Source of the DNA: a bacterium | GTDB lineage: Bacteria; UBA8248 | Assembly (NCBI GenBank): GCA_965199855.1 | Contig: OZ241326.1 | Coordinates: 1,440,001 to 1,504,000, forward strand | DNA length: 64,000 nucleotides | Direction: 5' to 3' | Shown: positions 9,911-19,087 of the stretch, piece after piece | Position numbering within the stretch: the stretch's first letter is position 1 | Layout of the letters: each line of letters opens with the position of its first letter | Translations under genes and position numbers: made by a program | Notes under the pieces: model-generated | What the model was told of the DNA's origin: nothing | The model's database searches: none | What the model saw: the letters and a program-made list of their open reading frames with translations, nothing else

Positions 9911-11497
9911 CTAGAAAGCCACGGGCTCCTGAAATTCTCCAAAAACGCGGCGGAGCGCGTTCGTCACCTCCCCGATGGTGGCGTAGGCTTCCAGGGCTTC
10001 GGAGATCGGCTCCATGAGATTCTCATCGCCCTTGGCGGCGTCTTCCAGACGCGCGAGGCCGTGCGCGGCCCGGGCGGGGTCCCTCTCTTCTTTCACCTTC
10101 GCCAGCCGCTTCTTCTGGCGCTCTTCGAGTTCGGGGGCGATGGCGAATATCTCTTGCGAAGGAGGCTCCGCCCGCGCGTATTTGTTGACGCCGACGATGG
10201 TCCGCGCCTTCGCCTCCACCTCTTTTTGCCAGCGGAAGGCGCTCTCCGCTATCCATCTTTGCGCCGCGCCCCGCTGGATGCACTCGACCATGCCGCCGCG
10301 CTCCTCCACGTCTTCGATGATTTTCTCCATCTCCTCCTCCATGCGGCTTGTCAGGTTTTCGAGAAAATACGAGCCGCCGAAGGGATCCGCCACGTCGGGC
10401 GCGCCGCTTTCGTGGGCGATGATCTGCTGGGTGCGCAGGGCGAGCAGGGCGCTTTCCTCGGTGGGTAGCGCGAGGGCCTCGTCATACGCGCAGGTGAAAA
10501 TGGTCTGCGCGCCGCCCAGAACGGAGGCCAGCGCCTCGTAGGCGACCCGGACGATGTTGTTCTCCGGCTCCTGCGCGGCGAGGGTGCTGCCGCCGCAGAC
10601 GACGCCGAAGCGGAAAAGCCAGCTTCTCTCGCTTTTGGCCCCGAATCGCTCGCGCATGAGCTTGGCCCAAAGCGTCCGCATGGCGCGGTATTTGGCGATT
10701 TCCTCGAAGAAATCCATGTGGGTGTAAAAATAAAAGCTGATTCGGGGAGCGAAGGCGTCGATGTCGAGGCCGCGCTCCAGGCATCTTTCCACATAGACGA
10801 TGGCGTCTGCGAGGGTGAGGCCGCCTTCCTGGACGGCGGTCGCGCCCGCGTCCCTGAAGTGGGCGCCCGCCGCGCTGATGGTGTTGAACCTCGGGGTGTG
10901 CTTCACGCCGTGTTCGACGGTATCGACGATCAGCCGCAAGGAAGGCTCGGGCGGGAATATCCACGTTCCGCGGGCTACGTATTCCTTCAGAATGTCGTTC
11001 TGGATGGTGCCGGTCAGCCGGGCGGGAGAGACGCCCTGCTTCTTCCCGACGATGATGTACATGGCGTAGAGAATGGCGGCCGTCGAATTGATGGTGAAGG
11101 ACGTGCTGATCGCATCGAGCGGAATGCCCCGGAAGATGGCTTCCATGTCCGCCAGAGAGTCGATGGCCACGCCTACCTTGCCGACTTCGCCCGCCGCTTT
11201 TTCGTCGTCGCTGTCGAGTCCCAGTTGCGTGGGGAGGTCGAGCGCGACGGAAAGCCCCGCGTTCCCCTCGTCGAGCAGGAAGCGGTAGCGCCGGTTCGTT
11301 TCCTCGGCGGTTCCGAAGCCCGAATACTGGCGCATCGTCCACAGGCGCTTTCTATACATCCCGGGGTGGATGCCGCGCGTGAAGGGGTAGGCGCCCGGCT
11401 CGCCCGGTTCGCTGTTCCGGGGAGCGTCCCCGGGCCCGTAGGCGCCTTCGAGGGCGAGGCCCGAGCGTGTTTTCACCTGGGGATGCACGTTTTCCAT
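9911..11497 (-). CDS. B12-dependent acyl-CoA mutase large (substrate-binding) subunit with atypical active site
   Basis: PFTRG, WTMRQYSGF, GEVGKVGV, GTIQNDILKEY, DPFGGSY and ATIGE motifs; no fused cobalamin-binding domain. Confidence 0.9.
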   Translation of the reverse strand: MENVHPQVKTRSGLALEGAYGPGDAPRNSEPGEPGAYPFTRGIHPGMYRKRLWTMRQYSGFGTAEETNRRYRFLLDEGNAGLSVALDLPTQLGLDSDDEKAAGEVGKVGVAIDSLADMEAIFRGIPLDAISTSFTINSTAAILYAMYIIVGKKQGVSPARLTGTIQNDILKEYVARGTWIFPPEPSLRLIVDTVEHGVKHTPRFNTISAAGAHFRDAGATAVQEGGLTLADAIVYVERCLERGLDIDAFAPRISFYFYTHMDFFEEIAKYRAMRTLWAKLMRERFGAKSERSWLFRFGVVCGGSTLAAQEPENNIVRVAYEALASVLGGAQTIFTCAYDEALALPTEESALLALRTQQIIAHESGAPDVADPFGGSYFLENLTSRMEEEMEKIIEDVEERGGMVECIQRGAAQRWIAESAFRWQKEVEAKARTIVGVNKYARAEPPSQEIFAIAPELEERQKKRLAKVKEERDPARAAHGLARLEDAAKGDENLMEPISEALEAYATIGEVTNALRRVFGEFQEPVAF

Positions 11498-11504
11498 CGC
11501 GCGG

Positions 11505-12284
11505 TCATCTTCCCTTGAAATCGGGGCTTCGCTTTTCAAAAAACGCTCGAATCGCTTCGTCATGATCTTCGGACGCCCAAAGATCCGCGAACAGCGATGA
11601 TTCCGCGTCCATCGTTTTCTCCATTGTATTTTCCAGGCCGGACGAGAGCAATTCCTTCATGGAGCGAATCGCCCCGGGCGCGCTCCTGAAAATTTCCTCC
11701 GTCATCGACCTGGCGGCGCGCAGGCCCTCTCCTTTGGGGACTGCGGCGTTGGCGAGCCCCATCGACAGCGCGTCTTCCGCGCGCAATTCCCGGCACGTGG
11801 CCAGCAGCTCCATCGCCCGCCCGTAGCCGACGGCGCGGAGGAGCCGCCCCCCGCCTCCCCAGCCTGTCATGAGGCCCACGCGCGCCTGCCTGAAACTCAT
11901 GTAGGCGTGCTCCTCCATGACGCGCATGTCGCAGGCCATGGCGATTTCGGCGCCGCCGCCCAGGGCGCAACCGTTCAAAACGGCGATGACGGGCGCGGGC
12001 AGCGCGGAGAGGCGCTCGAGAATTCCCTGCATCCGCCGGCTCATGCCCATGCCATCTTCCCGGGATTCAAAGGATTGGAGCCACTTCAGGTCGCCGCCCG
12101 AGCAGAACGCCTCCTCTCCCGCGCCCGTGAGGATGACGGCCCGCAGCCCGCGCGACGCTTCAAGGGCGTCGAGGGCGTCGGAGAGTCCCTGCATGATTTC
12201 ATCGTTGACGGCGTTGCGAACGTCTTTTCTGTTGAACTTCAGGATGGAGAGCGCGCCCTCGGCCTCGTGGATGAAATCGGGCAT
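11505..12284 (-). CDS. Crotonase/enoyl-CoA hydratase superfamily protein
   Basis: FCSGGDL, GGGAEIAMACD and AFFEKRSP motifs. Confidence 0.88.
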   Translation of the reverse strand: MPDFIHEAEGALSILKFNRKDVRNAVNDEIMQGLSDALDALEASRGLRAVILTGAGEEAFCSGGDLKWLQSFESREDGMGMSRRMQGILERLSALPAPVIAVLNGCALGGGAEIAMACDMRVMEEHAYMSFRQARVGLMTGWGGGGRLLRAVGYGRAMELLATCRELRAEDALSMGLANAAVPKGEGLRAARSMTEEIFRSAPGAIRSMKELLSSGLENTMEKTMDAESSLFADLWASEDHDEAIRAFFEKRSPDFKGR

Positions 12285-12338
12285 GGACTCTCCTGCGGGT
12301 TCCGCCCGCCGCCGGGGCGGCGGGCGAAGCGCGGGGCA

Positions 12339-13283
12339 TTACCAGTATTTCTCGTAATGAATGTTGCCCTTCGTTCGGCCGTAGTCCATCGTGAAGCCCC
12401 GCTCCTCCATGATCCTGATGACGCCGGGCGGGCCTTCCGGCCATACCTTCTCGCCGTCGCGAACCTTGGGAATGCCGATCATGGCGGGATTTCCGCACAG
12501 GAACAGGTGCGTGTCCTCGGGGTCCATCCCGCGATTGATGCTTTCCTCGAACGCGCCCGATGCCAAGTAGTCCTGAACGTACACCTTGTTGTCGATGGTA
12601 TCCGCCTCGCGCGTGGTAAGCGCGTGGTAGGAGAGGTTCGGATATTTCTCCTCGAGCGTTCGATAGATGGACTCGTAGGCGAGGTCTTTCTTGTATCGCA
12701 CGACGTTGATGCTGGCGATCCGGCCCTTGTAGCCCGTGCGAAGGAGCTCCCATATCATGTGGTTGTGCGGGCCTTCCCCCGTTCCCGTGCCGGCGAAGAC
12801 GACGAGAGAGTTCTCTTTCTCCCGGATGCCGGTCATGCAGTCGAGCGTGTATTCACCGGTGAATTTCCGGCCCATGTGCACCCGATCGCCGACTTGCAGG
12901 AGAAAGAGCCTGGGCGTCAGGAGAGGCGCCGGTTCGCCTTCCGCGCCGGCGACCATGACGATGTAGAATTCCAGGAAATCCAGCGTCTCCGCCGGGTAGA
13001 GTTCTCCCGCTTCGTTGAGCACGGGATGGGACACGGAATAGGCGCGCCTGCCCAGCCGCCGGATTTTTTTCTCGTCGAGTTCCTTTTCGCGGACGGCGTC
13101 CTCGTGCCGGGGCTCCCAGTTGCCGAGGCCCAGCGTCGTATATTGCCCTGATTTGTATTCGGGAAAATCGAAGTCGGGCTTTACGCGAAAGCACGCCAGC
13201 GTTTCATGCTGCCACGCGATATCCACGAGCGTGGCGTTGTAGTGCTTTTCCCTTAATTCTTTTTTCTCCGCTTCATCAAGCAT
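12339..13283 (-). CDS. fpr: Ferredoxin/flavodoxin-NADP+ reductase
   Basis: RRAYS, GTGTG, YVQD, LCGNPAMI and C-terminal EKYW. Confidence 0.82.
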   Translation of the reverse strand: MLDEAEKKELREKHYNATLVDIAWQHETLACFRVKPDFDFPEYKSGQYTTLGLGNWEPRHEDAVREKELDEKKIRRLGRRAYSVSHPVLNEAGELYPAETLDFLEFYIVMVAGAEGEPAPLLTPRLFLLQVGDRVHMGRKFTGEYTLDCMTGIREKENSLVVFAGTGTGEGPHNHMIWELLRTGYKGRIASINVVRYKKDLAYESIYRTLEEKYPNLSYHALTTREADTIDNKVYVQDYLASGAFEESINRGMDPEDTHLFLCGNPAMIGIPKVRDGEKVWPEGPPGVIRIMEERGFTMDYGRTKGNIHYEKYW

Positions 13284-13400
13284 TCATTTCCTCGCCGGAT
13301 GGATAATCAACAGGACAAAACAGCAGCGTGGAGCCTCATCGAGGCCGAATACTACCCAATTCGGTTTGGAATAGGTAGCCTCGGGCGTCGTTTTTGAAGT

Positions 13401-14126
13401 TCATATCGAAATGACCTCGAATGACACGGCGTAGCGGCATCCGGCGCGTTCGCCCGCCTCAACGGCCGCCCGGGTGAGAAAATCGACGGGGTCGAACCCT
13501 TGCGCGAGGTTGTCAATATAGAGTTCGTGCTCCCGGAGGGATGCGATTCCCTTGTCCAGGTGCTCGCTTACGTCCACCGCGTGGGTAGGCTTTGGAGAGC
13601 CGCTCAGCAGAATCATGCGAACGCCCGCCCAGGGCTCCAGACCCTCGGCCAGCAACTCCGGAAAAATCCAGCGGTTGCCCGCGTCCCGCGCCGCATCCAT
13701 CACGCCGCAGGCGAGCCACCGGTGATCCGCCATGTTCAACACGCCGCCCGGCCAGGTGAGATGGTGGGAGAGGGTGAGCAGGATATCGGGTCTGTAGGCC
13801 CTGATGCTGCGGGAAAGGTCGCGCCTCAGGTCCAGACTGTATTCTATCACTCCGTCCGTATAGCCGAGGAAGTCCACTCTCTCGACGCCGACCGCGGCCG
13901 CGCTTCCGCGCTGTTCCTCTTCCCGGGCCGGGCCCGCCTCCTCCGGCGACATGCCGTCGATGCCCGCCTCCCCGCTCGTCATCAGGAGATAGGAGACCTC
14001 CTTGCCTTGCGCCGTCCATCTGGCGACCGCGCTTGATGCGCCGAATTCCATGTCGTCCGGGTGCGCCACGATGGCCAGGGCGCGCCGCCAGTCCTCATCC
14101 AGAGCGGGGAGTTCGTCTGCCGTCAT
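13401..14126 (-). CDS. PIG-L/LmbE family deacetylase
   Basis: VAHPDD, TSGEAG, REEE and ADH motifs. Confidence 0.88.
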   Translation of the reverse strand: MTADELPALDEDWRRALAIVAHPDDMEFGASSAVARWTAQGKEVSYLLMTSGEAGIDGMSPEEAGPAREEEQRGSAAAVGVERVDFLGYTDGVIEYSLDLRRDLSRSIRAYRPDILLTLSHHLTWPGGVLNMADHRWLACGVMDAARDAGNRWIFPELLAEGLEPWAGVRMILLSGSPKPTHAVDVSEHLDKGIASLREHELYIDNLAQGFDPVDFLTRAAVEAGERAGCRYAVSFEVISI

Positions 14127-16348
14127 TTCCTATCCTTTCTCACGAAAATCGGACTGCTCCAGGCCATGGCTCCGTCCTCCTGCATCAGCCTGATGAAATA
14201 GGGGTTCCAGCCGTCGTGGAAGTCGCTTTCCTCGACCTCGAACGAGACCTCCGCCTCGGGGGAGCCGGGGGCCGGGCTGACGCGCTGGACTTCCACCTTC
14301 TGGCGAACGCCGCCCGCGTCCACGACGTAGGGCGCGGCGCCGATATCCTCCAGCTTCGTCTCGAAGGAAACGACGTCGGTTTCAAAAAAGAGCGTCGCGC
14401 CCGCGCCTCCCGAAAGGCGGAATTCGACGCCGTCCGCGTCGCCGGTCGTGCGGCTCAGCCATTGGATGCTCCGCTCATCGGACGCCTGGATGCCTTCCTC
14501 CAGATTGTCCACCTGCCAGTTTCTCGGCTCCTCGATTCTTCCCTTGTCGATTCTCAGTCCGCCGCGCCAGTGGGTCTGGCGGTTTCGCTGATGGATTCGG
14601 GCGCCGCTCCAGGAGACGCGAAACCAGTCCGAATTCCGGGCGGCCGCGTCTTTCGGGCGGCGGGAGGCGATGGTTCTGGAGGCCCGCTTCAGTTCTATCG
14701 ACTCTATGCCGCATTCGCCCATCGCCCGCGCGTGAAAAACGGGAGGAGCGGAGGATTTGAATTCCTCTCCCATGAAATACTCCCCGGACGAGAAGGCGAG
14801 ATGGATTTTCTTGCCCGTCGTCGCATAGACGCGCCGCGCCTGAATCGCCTCCCACAGGCTCTCCCGGGTGAGTTCTTCCGCGTAGATGCAGACATAGCCT
14901 CCATAGACGCCGAAAATGGCCGCGCCGGGATAACTGGCGCCGGGTCGCCCCTTGTGTCCGTCGCTGCCCGCCGTGATGCCCACCCGCCAGCCTTTTTCCA
15001 GGGCCTCTTCGACGAACCACTCGAATCGTCCCCAGGAGGAATATATCTCCATGACGCGCTCGAGTTCCGCGTGATGATAGTCCAGGCTCGCCCGCCGGCC
15101 CCCGATGTGGGGGATGAGGGTGACGTCCCGCCTTTCTTCCATGGTCTCGTAGAGCGCATCCAGAGGGTATCTGTCCGCGTGCTGGTCGCGCCAGTCGTCT
15201 ATCTGCCAGTGGCTGGTTCGGTGGAGGGGGCCGTCGTCGCCGAGATACATGACGTTCCTGTCCCCGCCCATACCTGTTACGGCCGACCATTCGACCCCCA
15301 GAAACGTGACGAAGCGCCCCGGCTCGTTGTATTTTCGAGTGGCCGAGCGAATCGCGCCCCAAGTGTTCTCTGTGACCTGAAAGTCGTTCCCCTGATGACA
15401 GGAAAACTGCGCTCCGGCCATGTCGCGGGCGAACGCGAAGTAGTCGTCCACGGTATTCGTGCCTACCGTCTCTCCGCTCTGGCCGTGCAGATCGCCCCAG
15501 AATGGCCTCCATCGGTGCTTCTTTTCCACGGCGCGCATGTAGTTGCTGTATGCGGGCGGGATGCCGCCGCCCGTGTCGCCCCGTATGCGCCCGCAACTTC
15601 CGGGCGTCCAGCGCAGATTTTCCAGGCGAACGACGGCGGGCTCGCCGCGCTTGAATCGAACGGAGCCGGGCAGCCCCCGGCAGACGCCTCCCTCCGCGGC
15701 GAGGGATATTTCCGCGTTTATGTCGTGACAGGGGTTGCCCCAGACGTCTTCGAGCTTCACCAGCATCCAGGAGGTCTCGCCCGGCGCCTGTTCGGTCGCG
15801 CCGTGGAGGACGAGGCGGGCGGGCGCGCCCGGCGCGATGGAGACGGCGGGCGTATCTGCCGCTTCGATGAAGCGGTTCGAGCCGAAGCAATCGACGAAGA
15901 GACGGAAGCGAAAATTTTTCTCGCAAAAAGTCTGAGCGCGGGTTCCCGCGCCGCCGCCGGTTCTGTCCCCCAGGACGATGGCGACCGTATCGCCCTCCGC
16001 CAGATAGCTGTCGAACACGTCAACGGCCAGTCCCTGCTGCCAGGGCCTGACGTTCGATTTCGGATCCCATCGCAGTTTGAGGGAGGCGCTTCCGCTCGTG
16101 GCCGCGCTCGCGTAGTGCGCCTCGCCGGGGGCTTCCGTCTGCGGCCTGGCCCAGTCGCTGGCGAAGCGGCGCGAGAGGACGATGGTTCCCCCGTCGTCCA
16201 CGCCGTATCTGCCTACGTGGTAGGTGAGCGTCCACGTGCCCCACGCGCCCGCCTCCACGTTTCCGCCGGGGCTGAGTTCGCTCCAGCCCACCCATTCCCG
16301 AGCCCAGGCTTCGCTCTTGCCGCGCCTGCCGTCAGGCGTCGTGTCCAT
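14123..16348 (-). CDS. DUF3604 / PHP-like metallohydrolase domain protein
   Basis: FWGDLHGQS, IPH, GSDGHKGRPG, RRVYATTG and AWSSPIF motifs. Confidence 0.75.
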   Translation of the reverse strand: MDTTPDGRRGKSEAWAREWVGWSELSPGGNVEAGAWGTWTLTYHVGRYGVDDGGTIVLSRRFASDWARPQTEAPGEAHYASAATSGSASLKLRWDPKSNVRPWQQGLAVDVFDSYLAEGDTVAIVLGDRTGGGAGTRAQTFCEKNFRFRLFVDCFGSNRFIEAADTPAVSIAPGAPARLVLHGATEQAPGETSWMLVKLEDVWGNPCHDINAEISLAAEGGVCRGLPGSVRFKRGEPAVVRLENLRWTPGSCGRIRGDTGGGIPPAYSNYMRAVEKKHRWRPFWGDLHGQSGETVGTNTVDDYFAFARDMAGAQFSCHQGNDFQVTENTWGAIRSATRKYNEPGRFVTFLGVEWSAVTGMGGDRNVMYLGDDGPLHRTSHWQIDDWRDQHADRYPLDALYETMEERRDVTLIPHIGGRRASLDYHHAELERVMEIYSSWGRFEWFVEEALEKGWRVGITAGSDGHKGRPGASYPGAAIFGVYGGYVCIYAEELTRESLWEAIQARRVYATTGKKIHLAFSSGEYFMGEEFKSSAPPVFHARAMGECGIESIELKRASRTIASRRPKDAAARNSDWFRVSWSGARIHQRNRQTHWRGGLRIDKGRIEEPRNWQVDNLEEGIQASDERSIQWLSRTTGDADGVEFRLSGGAGATLFFETDVVSFETKLEDIGAAPYVVDAGGVRQKVEVQRVSPAPGSPEAEVSFEVEESDFHDGWNPYFIRLMQEDGAMAWSSPIFVRKDRK

Positions 16349-16355
16349 GATGTGG

Positions 16356-17390
16356 TCAGCCGTCCTGTTTTTCGCCCCGGGGGGAAAGATCCGCGCGCCT
16401 TGCGCCCGCGTCGCGCGCCTTGCGCCGCTCCCGATTTCGGGACAGGCGGCTTTTGAGGAAAAGCAGCGCGCGTCGAATCGAATCCTCTCGTTCCCGGCGC
16501 GTTTTTCTTCTGATCACGAAGTTGTGGCCCACGCCCTCGTAAAGCATCAGTTCGGCGGCGCCGGATTTTCTCGCCCGCAGCCTTTTCATCATCGTGAGCG
16601 ACTGCCGCGCGGGAATCAGCCCGTCCGACGCGCCGTGAAACATCAGGGCGGAGGCTTTCGTGCTCCGTATTTTGTTCGTGGGGCTGTGCAGTTCCAGATA
16701 TCTTTTCCACCGAAGCAGGTTCGGGGTCGCAAGGGCGAGAACCACGGGGCTGACCCGCCTTTTGATGAGTGCGGCGTAATCATAGGGGCCATAGTATGCT
16801 ACGATGGCTTTGATCGCAGGAAGCGCCGCAGCCGTCCGAAAGGCCTTGTCCGCGCCGAGGGAGAATCCGATGAGGCCGATTTCGCCTTCCACGCAGTGCG
16901 CGCTTTTCGCAAAGGCGGACGCGGCGCGCCTGATGTCCTCGTTCTGGCCCTCGAAGTTCAGCTTTCGCCGGGCGAACGGCGTCCTCAGCCCCTCGAAGTC
17001 CACCTGATGCACCGAATAGTAATTGACGATCAAAGAGGAAAACCCATGGCTCGCGAGCTTTCGGGCGTAGCGGATGTATCCTTGCCACCAGCCGCCTTTC
17101 CCGTGCAACAGCATGACGCATGGGTGTCTTCCGTCGCCCGAAGGACGCACCAGGTGTCCCGCCATCGAGGCGCTTGCGACGCTTGACGGCAGTTCGACGC
17201 GGCTTTCCCTGTAGCCATGGCTGCCGGCGGGGGCGGGAGCGAGCCCCTGGGTGCGGGGCCGGGCGCAGCTCGTCGCCATCGCCATGGCGAGGATGAGCAG
17301 GGCGAGGCGCTTTACGCTGATGATCCCGAAAAAGCGGCGAGCGGCGCCGGGAGCGAATCGAATCATGCGAAATCCACTTTTGCGCGGCAC
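16356..17390 (-). CDS. Dienelactone hydrolase-like alpha/beta hydrolase, probable lipoprotein
   Basis: GFSLG nucleophile elbow, HGASD and GHNF; hydrophobic signal followed by ATSC. The start is uncertain. Confidence 0.75.
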   Translation of the reverse strand: MPRKSGFRMIRFAPGAARRFFGIISVKRLALLILAMAMATSCARPRTQGLAPAPAGSHGYRESRVELPSSVASASMAGHLVRPSGDGRHPCVMLLHGKGGWWQGYIRYARKLASHGFSSLIVNYYSVHQVDFEGLRTPFARRKLNFEGQNEDIRRAASAFAKSAHCVEGEIGLIGFSLGADKAFRTAAALPAIKAIVAYYGPYDYAALIKRRVSPVVLALATPNLLRWKRYLELHSPTNKIRSTKASALMFHGASDGLIPARQSLTMMKRLRARKSGAAELMLYEGVGHNFVIRRKTRREREDSIRRALLFLKSRLSRNRERRKARDAGARRADLSPRGEKQDG

Positions 17391-17487
17391 GGGAAGAATT
17401 CGGCTGTGCGCCCCATGTATGAGAATAATCCGACGGAATCATTTCGGCAACATCCCGGCCCATCAGGCTGGCGCAAGGGAGGGCTGA

Positions 17488-18828
17488 ATGTCCACGGTGA
17501 TTGATTTTCTGCGATCGAGAAGAGAGCGGAGCCTGGCGGAACTCGTCGAATATCTGCGAAAACCCGCCATCAGCACGCTGGGCGTCGGCGTCGAGGCGTC
17601 GGCGGAGCATCTGGCGGGTCTGATGAGGGACGCCGGGATCGAGGCGCGGATTCTGCCGACCGGGGGCATCCCCCTCGTATATGGAGAAATGAGGGGGCCT
17701 GCGGACGCTCCGACCATGCTGATTTACGGCCACTACGACGTTCAGCCGGCCGATATGGCCGAGGGCTGGAGCTCCGAGCCGTTCGAGCCTGAAGCGCGCG
17801 AGGGCCGTCTTTACGCGCGCGGGGCGGGGGACAACAGGGGCCAGCACTTCGCCCGGATCAAGGCGGCGGAAGCCTACCACCGGACGAACACGACCCTGCC
17901 CGTCAGCCTCAAATTCCTGATAGAGGGCGAGGAGGAAATGGGGTCTCCTCACTTGAGAGAATTTATCCGGGGCAACAAGGAGCTGCTGAAGGCGGATATC
18001 GCCTGCTCGTCGGACGGCTCCCTGCATCCGTCGGGAAGGCCGACGATCGCGCTGGGCTGCAGGGGTTTGCTCTATATCGAGCTCGCGGCGCGCGGAGCCG
18101 GCAAGGATCTCCACTCCGGGACGTATGGCGGGCCTGTCCCGAACCCGTTTTGGCGGCTGATGGAGGCGGTGCAGCGTCTGCGCGACGGCGAGGGGAAGGT
18201 GCGCGTGCCCGGATTTTACGACGCCGCGCTTCCGGTCGGCGACGCGGATCGGGAAGCGCTGGCGGGAATCCCCGACCCGGAGGCGGAACTTCGCGCCGTT
18301 CTGGGAGACGGGGCGGAGCGGATTCCGGATATGTCCGCCTTCTACGCCAAATCCCTCACGCAGCCGAACCTGAACGTTTGCGGCTTTCAGGGGGGATATT
18401 CCGGGGATGGGATGAAGACGGTCATCCCGGGCTCCGCGCGCGCCAAGCTGGATTTTCGCCTGGTGGTGGAGCAGGACCCCGACGCGCTTTTCGATGACGT
18501 TTGTTCGTTCCTGAAGACGGAGGGCTTTGCGGACGTCGAAGTTCGGAAGATGGCCGCGTTCGACGCCAGCAAGACGCCGGCGGATGATCCCTGGGTGCGG
18601 AAGGTGAGCCGGGCCGTCGCCGGCTGCGGCGTCGAGCCCGTCATCTACCCGAACTTCGGCGGCAGCGTTCCCGACAGCCTGTTCACGAGAGATTTGGGGC
18701 TTCCGTCCGTCTGGCTTCCCCTCGCCAATGCGGATTCCGGCGCGCACGCTCCGGATGAGAACATCGACGTGGAGATTTTTCATCGCGGGTGCGAGATTGC
18801 GGCCGCGCTCATGGAGGGGCTCGCTTGA
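17488..18828 (+). CDS. M20/M25/M40 family metallo-dipeptidase
   Basis: YGHYDVQP, RGAGDN, EGEEEMGS, DLHSG and HAPDE motifs. Confidence 0.9.
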   Translation: MSTVIDFLRSRRERSLAELVEYLRKPAISTLGVGVEASAEHLAGLMRDAGIEARILPTGGIPLVYGEMRGPADAPTMLIYGHYDVQPADMAEGWSSEPFEPEAREGRLYARGAGDNRGQHFARIKAAEAYHRTNTTLPVSLKFLIEGEEEMGSPHLREFIRGNKELLKADIACSSDGSLHPSGRPTIALGCRGLLYIELAARGAGKDLHSGTYGGPVPNPFWRLMEAVQRLRDGEGKVRVPGFYDAALPVGDADREALAGIPDPEAELRAVLGDGAERIPDMSAFYAKSLTQPNLNVCGFQGGYSGDGMKTVIPGSARAKLDFRLVVEQDPDALFDDVCSFLKTEGFADVEVRKMAAFDASKTPADDPWVRKVSRAVAGCGVEPVIYPNFGGSVPDSLFTRDLGLPSVWLPLANADSGAHAPDENIDVEIFHRGCEIAAALMEGLA

Positions 18829-19087
18829 AGCGTCCGCTCCGGACGATAGGCCACGGCGGCCATGACGCGGAGAAGCTCCTGTGCCTGCCGGGCCGTCGCC
18901 TCGTTGCGCGCGCGGCGTTCCCTGCAGTGGGAGGCATCCGCGCCATGAAGCGCCTGAAAACGCGGGCGGAGGAAGGGCCTGCCGCGGTTTTCGGTAGCCG
19001 GATTCGTTCCGTCGCGCGCCGTCCCGCGGCGCATAGGCGGGCGTTTTTTCATGGCGGGCGCTTCCTGCCCGCTCTCTTGAGGGATTC

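Noticed and set aside
13284-13400. Possible cobalamin riboswitch upstream of the FNR-mutase cluster
   Set aside because: Only a weak hairpin (ctacc...ggtag) is present, with no recognisable B12-box.
18829-19087. GC-rich hairpins as an ncRNA or tRNA
   Set aside because: No cloverleaf, T-loop or known motif is visible, and such hairpins are expected at this GC content.
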